NCBI RefSeq assembly: GCF_964355755.1
Contig: NC_092679.1
Span: 18,707,432 to 18,771,431 of the forward strand
Length of the DNA stretch: 64,000 nucleotides
Direction of reading: 5' to 3'
From: Antedon mediterranea
Lineage: Eukaryota; Animalia; Echinodermata
Part shown: in pieces, positions 14,161-26,036 of the stretch
Layout of the letters: each line of letters begins with the position of its first letter
Position numbering within the stretch: position 1 is the stretch's first letter
Program-made: the position numbers and the translations under genes
The notes under the pieces: model-generated
The model's database searches: none
What the model was told of the DNA's origin: nothing
What the model saw: the letters and a program-made list of their open reading frames with translations, nothing else

Positions 14161-14597
14161 TATCAAGTGTGATGAGGCTTATTTGATATTAATCAATACA
14201 AATGAATGATACAATGGTCAAATAGTATTAGGCCTATTACTAACTAAATACCAGCTTCGAATGATAATTATATACTTCTTTATATTAGTTTTGTTGATGT
14301 TGGTATCCAAAGCACAGTCAAATGAGGCAACAGTGGCGACATAACAAATCGTTATCACACAATCGACGTCATTGAATATCTGATACCTATTCGTGCGTAT
14401 CGATTTAAATAATAATTGAACAACTATTGAAGGGTATCTGTGACGTGATTTTCCGATAGTCTAATGACGTAATACAGACGACATAAGTGCTTTACGTCGT
14501 CTATATTACGTCATTATTACGTTGCTGTATACGTATTAAACTTGCCCCAAGTCTGTTTATTTCGAGGCTTTTTGATGTTTGTAGAAATACAAGCTAA

Positions 14598-14776
14598 AGC
14601 GTGGTTCCCACTAGCGACGCAACGCAAGGACGTAACGCAACGCAAGTGAATTGACCAATCACAAGCGATGGCTTATTCGCCTGTGATTGCTAACTGTCTA
14701 TAACTTCACTTGTCATTGGTCAACACGCTTACGTTGCGTTTACGTCCTTGCGTTACGTTCTAGTGGGAACCAAGCT
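14598..14776. mobile_element. PIF/Harbinger-type MITE, family B
   Basis: TIR agcgtggttcccactag / ctagtgggaaccaagct with TAA TSD on both sides. Confidence 0.88.
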
Positions 14777-14922
14777 TAAAGTGGTATTATGAAACCACGT
14801 GTGTGCCAAAATATGTAACTTTTTACTAATATTAAGTGAAAACTCCGTCTGAAACCCAGACTATATACGTATAGACGCAAACAGAACTGAGACGTGTTGC
14901 GTTGTGCTTGCGGTATGCGTAA

Positions 14923-15103
14923 AGCTTGGTTCCCACTAGAACGTAACGCAAGGACGTAAACGCAACGCAAGCGTTTTAACCAATGACAAGTGAAGTAATA
15001 GACCGTTTTAGCAATCACAAGCGAATAAGCCATTGCTTGTGATTGGTCAATTCACTTGCGTTGCATTACGTCCTTGTGTTGCGTCGCTATTGGGAACCAT
15101 GCT
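14923..15103. mobile_element. PIF/Harbinger-type MITE, family B (inverted relative to 14598-14776)
   Basis: Same TIRs and TAA TSD. The internal sequence is the reverse complement of the neighbouring copy. Confidence 0.88.
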
Positions 15104-15323
15104 TAAACGATGAATAAATGATGATTGAACTTTAATTCAAATTGATGAATGATGAATATGACGCTGCTTTCATTCAATTTATTGCACCCAGCTTTTCGGC
15201 TAGTCATTTTCCCTCAGATTAAGATAGTTAAGTAAACTACTTATTTATCAAATCAGTTCTTAAGAAATCGAATTAAGGAATTCAAGCATTATATTCTTCT
15301 TTTCCTTATTGTAGAAAAATCCC

Positions 15324-18300
15324 ATGGGTTCATTTCTAAAGACAAATGATCTATCATCAATTTCAACAACTTCGTCATATAACCTCACAAGACATGATTT
15401 ACAAAAGAAAGGACATACATTACAATTTAAGGAGAATGTTAATGATGATTTACAATGTAATCTATGCAAGTTACCTCTCCGTTTACCAACACAATCTTCA
15501 TGTGGCTGTAGATACTGTGCATCATGTATTAAAAGATATTTGGAGTAAGTACACAGTACTCAGATTGAATTTATTTAATTTATTTATTGTGTATAACGTT
15601 TATGTGTAATTTTGTATAGTGTGTATAGTGTTCTCATATATTTATTCGTTTCTTAAAATAGTGTACAAAAACGAATTTCCGATATGTTTTATTGGACCAA
15701 ATAAATGCTGTGAGAGCAGCGCATTATCATTATATAACATACAATACACGCGGCCCAGTGTGTATTTTATTTATTTATTTCAACAATATTGAAGCTGATC
15801 ATTATGTGGACGTCATCAAGGTGAACAAAATAGTACATTTTCAATTGTGTTTGTGGTACACCGCGGATTTTGGCCTAATAAAAACATCCTCCGTGCCCTA
15901 ATATCCTAATCGTCATCTTGATGGTTTCCTCCGTATTAATAATTATTGAGATCATTAGTAAAATTACTATATTTATGTTTGTTTGTTAATTATTGTTAGT
16001 TAGTTGACAAAATCTAAATATTTAAAACTGAAAATGTACTACTCAAAGGCTATACTTGGTATTTAAACTTTCAACCAATCACATTTGAAACGTTTAAATT
16101 CATGGCACTCAACCACAAACACTCATTTCGGCCACCACTCTTGTACTTTTCAATGATTTTGTTATTTCTTCCTATTTCATCATCATCATCAAATAGAAAC
16201 CACAAGCCAGGAGATGTATTCACCTGCCCTTCTTGTAGTGAAACAATGGAATCTATGGAGATGGTCCCAGACTATAGAGTCAAGAAACAGCTCGACAAAC
16301 GAATTGTTTACTGTCCTAACAATTTAGAGGGATGCAAAGCGGAGTTCCCTCTCAAAGACCATGATGCACATATAGATATCTGTGACTTTTCCATCGTCCA
16401 ATGTCCTAACGCATCTAGTGGATGTGTGACGTCGTTGCGACGTAAGGACGTTCAGAAACACATCATGATAGACTGTGCGTTTCGACTTGCGCAGTGTGAA
16501 CATTGTCAACAACGGTTTCCCATACTAAAAATCAAGGTACGTAACTATGTACAGATATCGGGGGACACGGGTTCGTACGCACCCGCCCCCCCCCCCCCCC
16601 GCCACCAAATTGCAAAAGGTCCACATTTTATATGGTCTTAAAATAAATAAGTACTCAATATTATGAAAATGGTCCAAAATATATTAATCCGCACCCACCC
16701 AAATAAAATCCTACGTACGACCCTGCTCGGGCCGTCCACGACGCCCTTTTTAAAAAGGTTTTTATACAGATAGAACCCGCAGCGTGTTTTGATAGTTATT
16801 TTAGCAATATTTTTAATCAATTGATATAATTTAGTTGTTTCTTTAATGAGTCAGTCCGTGTGAATCACAATAAGGACGATCAAAGCATATTGATCGAAAC
16901 GTCGAGAAACTCAACAGTTCTTTTCAGAACTAATAGTAATACACGTGGTGTACCGCAAACTTCATATCAACACAGTGTCACAATTATTACTATTAGTATG
17001 AGTCCGGGAAGGTTGGTGGGTATGGTGAATAGTTAGGCGACCATGATTGCGGTCAGGAATTCACTTTAATTATTAATTAAAAAACCTCAATATTTATTGA
17101 TATATTATTACTGCCAATAAATATTTACAGTGTATAATCAGGTCGAGGTTATTGTGGTTGGGTTTTTACACTGCATCTATATGCAGAATATTTATCATGT
17201 TTTACATTGAAAAGCACTTATTGATTAAATTGTTAAAATATTAATGAGAAACATGACGGAAAAGGCAAAGTTACCACAGTTGTCGATCATGAATAAAAAT
17301 AATAATAATAATAACCTTTTTTTTACAGGAACATAAATTAACTTGTACATTTTTACCAATACAATGTCCTAACAACTGCGGAAAGAAAATACCACAATCA
17401 AAGGTAACAGTGTGAAATTTTGATTTTTCAACAAATCTATTATTTTTTTCTCTATCGCCAAAACAAACTTCAAAATTCCAATTCTGTCCAATAGAATGAC
17501 TAGGCATTACTAGGCTCCGTGAACTGATATCAGGTGATATTTGTATTCAATAGATTTATTATTCTAGTCTTTATAAAGGGATCGAATGATTGTTATATAA
17601 CTTGTTAATAGAAAATCTTTCATTGACAAACTATGTACGTACGTGCGTATAGGAAATTGTTATAGTACAGTATTGTGTTATGAACGTCATGTGCAAAGAC
17701 GTAATCACCGTATTGTAAATAGTATTCCCACGTCATATCATAATAACAATGTACGTCGTTAGGTCGTAACTGTCGGAAACGGATATGTTCCTGTGCCTCC
17801 CACTCTAATAAACATTAAAAACACTTTGACATTTAGTTTTCATAGGAGACTGAATTAAACTGTTAAATAACATAAAAACATTGTTCCTTTACGGATGGAT
17901 CCAATAAAAAAAATACCTTTCCCACAATGATTGATGAATTATGCATATAATGTTCATATTTTGAGCCCTATATCTACAATGATAGCCACAATGCTATAAT
18001 GATAGGATGGGTTCGGCTGGGGCTTTTTTTTCATTCTCATAGATTTCCTCATCTTCACCGTTTATCAGTTAATTAATTTATAGTATATCTCAGTGGTCAG
18101 ATTTTTTAGTAGTATAGTAAATGGGTTTAATTCATTGTAGGGGCCCTCATGAGACAAGTAGTGCAGGCCCCAGTTATTATTGTTAATATCTGAATAAATG
18201 TGTATGAATAAATAAGCATGTAAATGTCTAGTAAGTTGTTCTAACCATAAAATCCATCTAAATATATGTATAACCAGCTTCAATTATATTTTATAGATGG

Positions 18301-21300
18301 AAGAGCATATACTAAATGATTGTGAAATGGTATTGAGAAATTGTAAATTCGCTGATAGTGGCTGTAAGTTTAAGGTAATGTTTAATATTTGACATTCATC
18401 TTCAAACCAAATTGAATGAAACTAATTTGTAAATCCTAAAATATTGGTCATTTGATGTATAGAATGATTCAGAACCGAAGTCTGCACAATCATAACATCT
18501 GTGGTGATTAAGAATGGGACTATTATTATTAGTGGTCTGCCATAATTAGTTTCTCGTAAGAACATTGGAACCTGTTCGTGGTGGTGAAGGGTCACTTTAA
18601 AAACCTAGTGGCCACTTTGAAAACTTGGGGACGACTTGAAAACTTGGGGCCACTTTGAAAACTTGGGGACGACTTGAAAATTTGGGGCGACTTTAAACAC
18701 CTTGGGGCCACTTTGAAAATTTGGGGGCCACTTGAAAACTTGAGGGCCACTTTGGAAACTTGGGCGACTTTGAAAACTTGGAGGCGACTTTGAAAACTTG
18801 GGGCGACTTTGAATGTGAAGCTTACAACCAAAGTCTGTTATATGACAAAACTATGTCTAAACCTGAAAGCTTTCACTTAAATTTATAAATAAAGTATTAT
18901 GACAGTTTTGATTATTGTAAAGGGTTTTAAATATGACATGGAAAAGCACATACACGATTCAACGTCAAAGCATTTGGAAATGGTGATGGTGGAAACGATC
19001 CATTTGCGTTTGAAAGATGCAGAATCACAGAGGTATATCGCAGACTTAGAGAATCAGAATAGTGTTTTACAAGCAAAACAAGAAGAAATGGCTAAAAATG
19101 TACAAGTATTAACTCATAAGTGTGAAGGAAATGCAGCGAGTATGCAGACACTTGAGGTAAGTACTATCGATCTTTACATTGCATTTCACCAGGATCATCG
19201 ACGAACCTATTGGCCAATCAAGCGACAGTTTCGATATTCTTTCGCTTGTGATTGGTCAAATTATTTTTCCTCCTAGTGAGAAGTAAGATTTTTCTGCTAC
19301 AATTTTCCCAGAAAAGATTAATTAAAATTCCAAATCTGACTAAACTGTGATATGCACTTAGTGATATAATATTCATGTTTGAAAACAGATAATTTCTAGG
19401 TATTTACGTGCTGCGGCAAGTGGTTGGAAATTTCTAGAATCCTAAAACGATAAAAACATATCATTACGCTATAAATACAACCAAACGACAGAAATGGTTA
19501 ATATTTAACACGTAAACGGTTTTTCAGCTGGCACTGGTTGGCTCAAACCGATTTATTCCCAAATTATACTGGTTTGGAAATCTATCGGTTGCGAAACAGG
19601 CGCCAACAAATAATATAAAAGAACTAAAACCAGCCAAAATCAATTCACACAGAACGCAATTTTACTAAATGTTACCTTTCCTGTTTCAATAAATCAATAA
19701 TGGTTGAACTACTTTTCTTGCAGTTCATTCCACTTTTTTTTAAACATAAACTTTTTTTATGTTAGCATTCTCCAACAAGATAAAAGTCACTGATATTGGA
19801 ATAATACGTTTATGTTAAGATTGCGGATTGAGGCTGACAACATGTCTAAAGAATTGTCCGCAATATGACGTGATAAACTACTTGTATCGGAAAATAAGAC
19901 AGGATAACCAAGACTTAAAAATCCTAAAGAGCATTTGAAATACTATCAAGAACCACTTACACTTCAAGTGCCGGACACAATTAACGTAACATAACGTAAC
20001 TGGGGACAATTCTCTTAGAAGCGTCTAATTTTAACCAATTGAAATATCTGATAGCATTTTTTATTCTAGATTAGTCTGTTTTCCCTTTCGTCATTTGTTT
20101 TGTCATAAATACAAAAATATAAATCGTTCTTCGAAGATCAACCATACTATTTCTATTTCCAATACAGTATATAAAACCCACCCCTACTAAGGATAATATA
20201 CTCTCCTCCTACAGCCAAACTCTATTCAGGAGGCACCCCTAATTGTTGGGTTCCAAAGGTATTCCCTTATATAATAGTTCTATTGTAATTAACTAAGCCC
20301 AATATTTATCGTATATTTATTTTTCTCTTGAAGAGTTCGTTATCAAGCCACTTAGAAAAAGTTAACAGAATCGATGAGAAGTTTAAATCTCTACCAGCGA
20401 TTGATGATCTCAATGACATAAGGCTACTGATTGGTCCGTTGCAAGAAAACGTTCGTACGCTACGGGATAAAATGAGGGAAATCGAAAATTACAATGGAAC
20501 AGCTCCAGGTTTAGAGGGAAATAAAGGCCTCCAGCTCCGTAAGTCATTTTTAATTTGTCTACAATAATTATAGTAAAAGGCATATTAGATTTGCATGGAG
20601 TAAAGTAAGGTTTGCTGTATACTGCAGCGTGTTTCCAAAAACGAAATAAAGTAAAGTTGTGTTGAGAATATCTTGACGTTTCCTTTGCTATGCAACTACG
20701 AACATCTATCTTTCTCTGGTAGAGATCCTCAAAACTTTACTTTATTTCCTTTTGGAAAAACAGTGTGTGCGGTACCTTAATAATCATTATAATGATCACT
20801 ACTTCTTCTTCCTGAATAGCCCTGGCCTAAAATGGTTATGGTTGCAAACAATGTGCTTCGGTATTTTCCCCTCTATACCCCCTGCAATTAATACCAGGAA
20901 CTAAATACCACACTAGTAACGTAATTGCCTTTATCGCACGTTGATTTGTCGAAAGTTATTATGCTAATCAGGGAAACGTCATTGTATGGAACAACGGGGT
21001 GCGATTCTTTTAAACGTTCTTTATTTATAATATTATTATTGTATTATTGTATTATTCTTATTTTTGGCAATTTGCCATGCCATAGTATTTAGTACATGCA
21101 GATATTAATAATGAAAGAAATATCGTATCTATTGTTGAGATTGGCTCACTGTTCCAACCATGGACGTATTCAAACTGCCGCTTGTCATTGGTCAACTCGC
21201 GCTGAGTACGTCCCTGCGTTGCGTATCAAGCAGCTGTTTGCTATGCCTTATCGACATCTCTGAAATGTACTATTATTACAGTCAGCTGTATGTAACAGTA

Positions 21301-22362
21301 TATACTACGTGTTGAAAACATAAAATCAAAATTTTGGAACCGTTTCATATCATCTTTAAACTCAATTATATACCGGTAAGATACAATAAAAAATAAACAA
21401 TTTGTAAGTTTAATGAAATCGTTCCTTCCTCAGATAACATTCATAGTCGACTTTCTCAAATGAATAAAGAAGTCACTATCCACGCAGCCCGCCTAGCCGA
21501 ACAAGACATACGTATCCAACTAACCGAATGTGCCAGTCACGATGGAGTATTGCTGTGGAAGATAAACGACATAGACCGACGAATTAGAGACGCTAAGTTA
21601 AAACCAAATCATTCTCTCTACAGTCAACCGTTTTACACAAGTAGGTACGGGTATAAAATGTGCGCCCGTGTCTATTTGAACGGCGACGGAATCGGCAAAG
21701 GAACTCACATGTCACTTTTCTTCGTGGTTATGAAAGGGGATTATGATGCTCTTCTACCATGGCCGTTCAAACAGAAGGTAAGACGTAATTTAATCGTTGC
21801 ACTTCATCCACACCGTGGATGATCGACTTCATCCACACCAGATGAATTTATATTCCTTAAGCTCTATCTACACTATCAAACTTGAATGTGAAAAAAAAAA
21901 ATGATGATGTCATACGACTGACATATTTGGGTATATCACTGCCATATTTGGGCTTATCACACTTTTTTTGTCGAACTAGTTTAGTGTAGACAGAGCTTTA
22001 AACACAGATTTAACCTCTCGAAATACCCAAGACTGATCTTCTGACACACTGAACGTTCAGACCATACGAAAACAAATTGGTTTAGGAATTGTTAAAAATG
22101 TCTCAAAATTAATTCAATCTTTTTTTCTTGAAAGGTAACTATGCTACTTTTGGACCAATCGCCAGACAGACGTCACCTAGTCGATGCATTTCGACCGAAC
22201 CCACAAAGCAGCAGTTTTCAACGCCCCGTTAAAGAAATGAACATCGCATCGGGTTGTCCACAGTTCGTAGCTCTAGACACACTGGAGTCTACAGACACGT
22301 ACCGCAAGGGTAATACGATGTATATCAAGATTGTTGTAGATTTACCTGACCCTTGTATATAG
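15324..22362 (+). CDS. TRAF3: TNF receptor-associated factor, TRAF3-like (574 aa)
   Basis: Exons 15324-15544, 16197-16536, 17329-17403, 18297-18374, 18923-19156, 20334-20538, 21434-21777, 22135-22362 total 1725 nt in frame. Domains: RING, TRAF zinc fingers (CPN..GC..H...C), coiled coil and MATH ([65 protein letters not shown]). The closest match from memory is TRAF3; TRAF2/5 are not excluded. Confidence 0.92.
18592..18812. repeat. Minisatellite, 19-20-bp unit (ctttgaaaacttggggcga), about 11 copies
   Basis: Tandem array visible in a TRAF intron; it explains the spurious ORF 18592-18831. Confidence 0.92.
21860..21997. mobile_element. PIF/Harbinger-type MITE, family A
   Basis: agctctatctacact...agtgtagacagagct with a perfect TTA TSD. 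Confidence 0.88.
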
Positions 22363-23825
22363 TATAAAGCTACTTTCAGATTTAACCTATAGCCAACAGA
22401 AAATAACTCTGCAACGAAATGAAAATGGATTAAGTCACCTTGTGCGTGTAAGTGTGAACACATAACTGTACACATATACTCTAAAAATACTAATTACGAT
22501 TTTTAACGTTTTCACAGTTGATATTTAAAGCATGTTCTATAAAGTTTCTGATTATTGTATATATTAACAAACAATTATAGATTTGGTTTCATTAGAAATG
22601 ACAGATATTTTTAGTTTTATAGAATTTCCATTCCATTAATTTTTTTTATAGTTATAGTCTGTTATGGTTCATTAACATTTATTCAACGCATGATATTAAT
22701 AAGCGTGATGCAAATATTAAAATATGACCCATTTATTACTAATAGTTCACCGGGTTTTCCAGGCCTACTATCAGTGAAACCGGGTTTAAGCGGCTGTTAT
22801 CTTTTCATTCAACATGGCATGATTTTCTTCCACTGACATAAAATAACCCATCGTTTATTTTTAACAATTACGTAATGCAATTTGTTATCTCAATGATCAT
22901 TAATAAGCCCTATCTTAATAATGTGAGCTACGAAGTCCACATAAAAAAACCTTTTCAAATAATATACGAGACCCCAATGCACCAGTTATTGTTGGCGGAT
23001 GCTACGTAGAACGCAAGTTATTTTACCAATCACAAGCCACAATTCAATGATCCGTCATTGTGATTGGTCAAATTACTTGCGTTGCATGCTAGTTAGAACC
23101 ATAGCTTAACTATTAACAAACGCAGCCCATTTTATATATATAACTTATCGTGTATAGCATAAATGATTGAACAAGCGCCAGTTCAAAAGAAGTGTGCGCG
23201 CTTATCTTCCATTGTGGCCTGAGGATAATTGGGAGATAGGTTCCAATAGTACTGTAATTTATTATTAATATGGGGTTTCATATTAAATCATGGCAGGACA
23301 TCCTTACATGTTAAAAAATAACTTCAAATTTTTGATAATAAATGTATTTCAAACGTATAGGACAATAAAAACATTATTTATACCCTCTCACACACTAACA
23401 AACTTGCAAGAACGCTTATTATTCGACTATGGTGTTTAATCGATTAAGGCGCTTATTCAATCATTTTACGCAATACAACAGTACCGCCCGGTACAATTTC
23501 TAATTTGATTTAGTTATGTTTATTTCTTCAGGGTTATTATAAATAACAAAGTCAATTGTTTGATATCATGCAATTCTATGGTAACATATTATAATAGGCG
23601 CCCTTGTTGAAAAATCTGGCATATATCATGGAGAGATAACTCATTTCTCCAAAATTAAAGATTGAAAATGATGACTGAATCGACTGAATCGACCGAGCGT
23701 CAATATTTTTCCGATATGATTTTCACGGAATATTTCGATCCTTCTTTTAAATTATAGCCATAGTTACAATAATAAAAAAAATGTATTTCTATAGAAAATA
23801 CCTGAGCTGATATTTAATTAATTGA

Positions 23826-24257
23826 CTTTTAACTATCTCTAATCTGTATATAAAAAAACCCGGTCACACGGAGTTTTCATGGGAAAACCTGTGTATATAT
23901 AATCTCATGAAATGTTATCTAGTAACTCTAATAATGTTATACTAATATTTATTATATATTGCCTTATATTACACCATGTACGAACACCCATAGATACTTA
24001 TAAATATGTATGCAAAATGTACTATGTATAAAACTTTCCGTACTTTTAACCATCTCTAATTTCTATATAAAATACCCCGGTCACACGAGTTTTCATGGGG
24101 AAACCTATGTATATATTAATCTCATCTAATATGTATCTAATAAATCTAGCCTAATAATGTTATGCTAATATTTATTATATATTGCACCATGTTGCACCCA
24201 TAGTATAGATACATATAAATATGTGTGAACAATTACTATGTATAAAACTTTCCGTAC
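23826..24257. repeat. Tandem duplication of ~215 bp downstream of the TRAF stop codon
   Basis: Two diverged copies, each containing cccggtcacacg..gttttcatggg and ending actatgtataaaactttccgtac. Confidence 0.85.
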
Positions 24258-25330
24258 TAATATTTTTCTAATAACTTGTGTTGTACTAATATGTTGTATA
24301 ATTATAGTCTATAGATAGATAGACCTACTGGACATGTACAGAACCGATGTAACTAATCGTAACCTTTACCTTTTAATATGATATTGTTTAAATTTGATAT
24401 CTTCCACTACAGTTGTACTTTTATCGTTGTTAAACTATTTTATTCAATCAGTACTAAGCATATTATATACGACTTACCTTGAAAAAATCAACACGTATTA
24501 ATGAGCCTATATCCATTGTATTTATTGAGAATTTTTACTTTTTTGATGTTGTTATATGCTCCTATACATGAATACTGTATATTCAAAAATAAGAATGTAA
24601 CTTAAGAATGACGTGAGGCTGATATCTCGAAAAATGCATACTGTTAATATTAAGTATATTACTAAATACTAATATTTATTATTACAAATTATTATAAGTT
24701 CAATTATCATGTTTATATAATGTTTCTAACAAATTATTATGATACTAAAATAAACGTAGCCCATCTACCATTACAAAAACTACCAATCATATTTTCATTT
24801 GAAAAGAATAAAAAGAAGTAATTTAATTTTGCCTCTATTTTCGGTGGTGGCTGCAGAGGCATGCATTAGACTTTACGATTTAAATTCTGGTATGTTAGAA
24901 AAAAAACAGGAACCCCAAATATATTATTGTTTTAGTCCGATACGCCATAATGTTTAGGCCTAGTGTACACTGTCTCAACTAACCTTATCTTACAAACAAT
25001 GTTTTAATTGTGTAGACCTAGAACTTGGGAATTTAGGGTATGGACCTTAGGAAATACACTAATAATTATTAACAGAGAAACGGATATTTCATAAGTAAGA
25101 ACAATCAATAACAAATCTTTGACACAATGGAGAGTGGGTCTAATTATCTTTTAAGGAAATAAAAAAAACTTTCAGTCTATTGTTAAAGTATTTCGCCTTG
25201 TTGCGAAACGGGAAATCTATATAATGTTACCTATACTAGCCTTCTTAATGTTTTATATGTATATCCGGAGAAAATGAGATTTGTATGTCAATTTTCTTCC
25301 TTGATTACGGTATATTCTACTGTATTCTAT

Positions 25331-25546
25331 CAAAGAACTTATAACACAAGAATCTCCTGTAGAGAGGGGATCTGCTAATACTCTAGGGGGGGGGGGGGTT
25401 GAGTAATTGACTTCCTAATTTGGAGGGGGCGCTGCTCCATGCTGTGAAATGGTGTCGCCCAGTTTGACCTTTTAACACTGTACTTCCGATACTGTGTTTT
25501 GAATTCAAATTGAAGAACACGAGATTCTTGTGTTATAAGTTCTTTG
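25331..25546. mobile_element. P-element-type MITE
   Basis: Perfect 26-bp TIR caaagaacttataacacaagaatctc, CA...TG termini and a 7-bp TSD (ATTCTAT) on both sides. Confidence 0.85.
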
Positions 25547-26036
25547 ATTCTATCAACATGAACTGGAAAATAAATAGGGTACAGCGGTGTTCCGCTGATG
25601 GTGCTTATTCATGGTCAGTAGAAAAGACAAACCCACACCAAAAACACGTAGAATGCATAGACGAGCCAAACTTTTATTACAATTATTACATTATTATTTC
25701 TAGTTTGTTTACAAATAAAAATAGATTTATGGTATATTTGAGTGTTTGCCTCCTTTTTGGTTGTGTTTCACAATGATAGAAGTTCTAAACAAATGTTTCT
25801 TATACCAAAAATATACAATCGTTGCTAAAACTACTGTACGGTACGCAGCAAAATAAATACACACGCGTAATAATGGAAGAATCCCCACCGGCTTCGCGCG
25901 CCCCATTCAATTCACATGCCATTTTTAAGTACGCGTACTTATATTAAGCGCACATCATTACTATGACAACAATGCTTACGTATGATACTAAAACAACAAC
26001 AAAAGAAGAGAGATATGAAATAGAAGTTTGTAAAAA

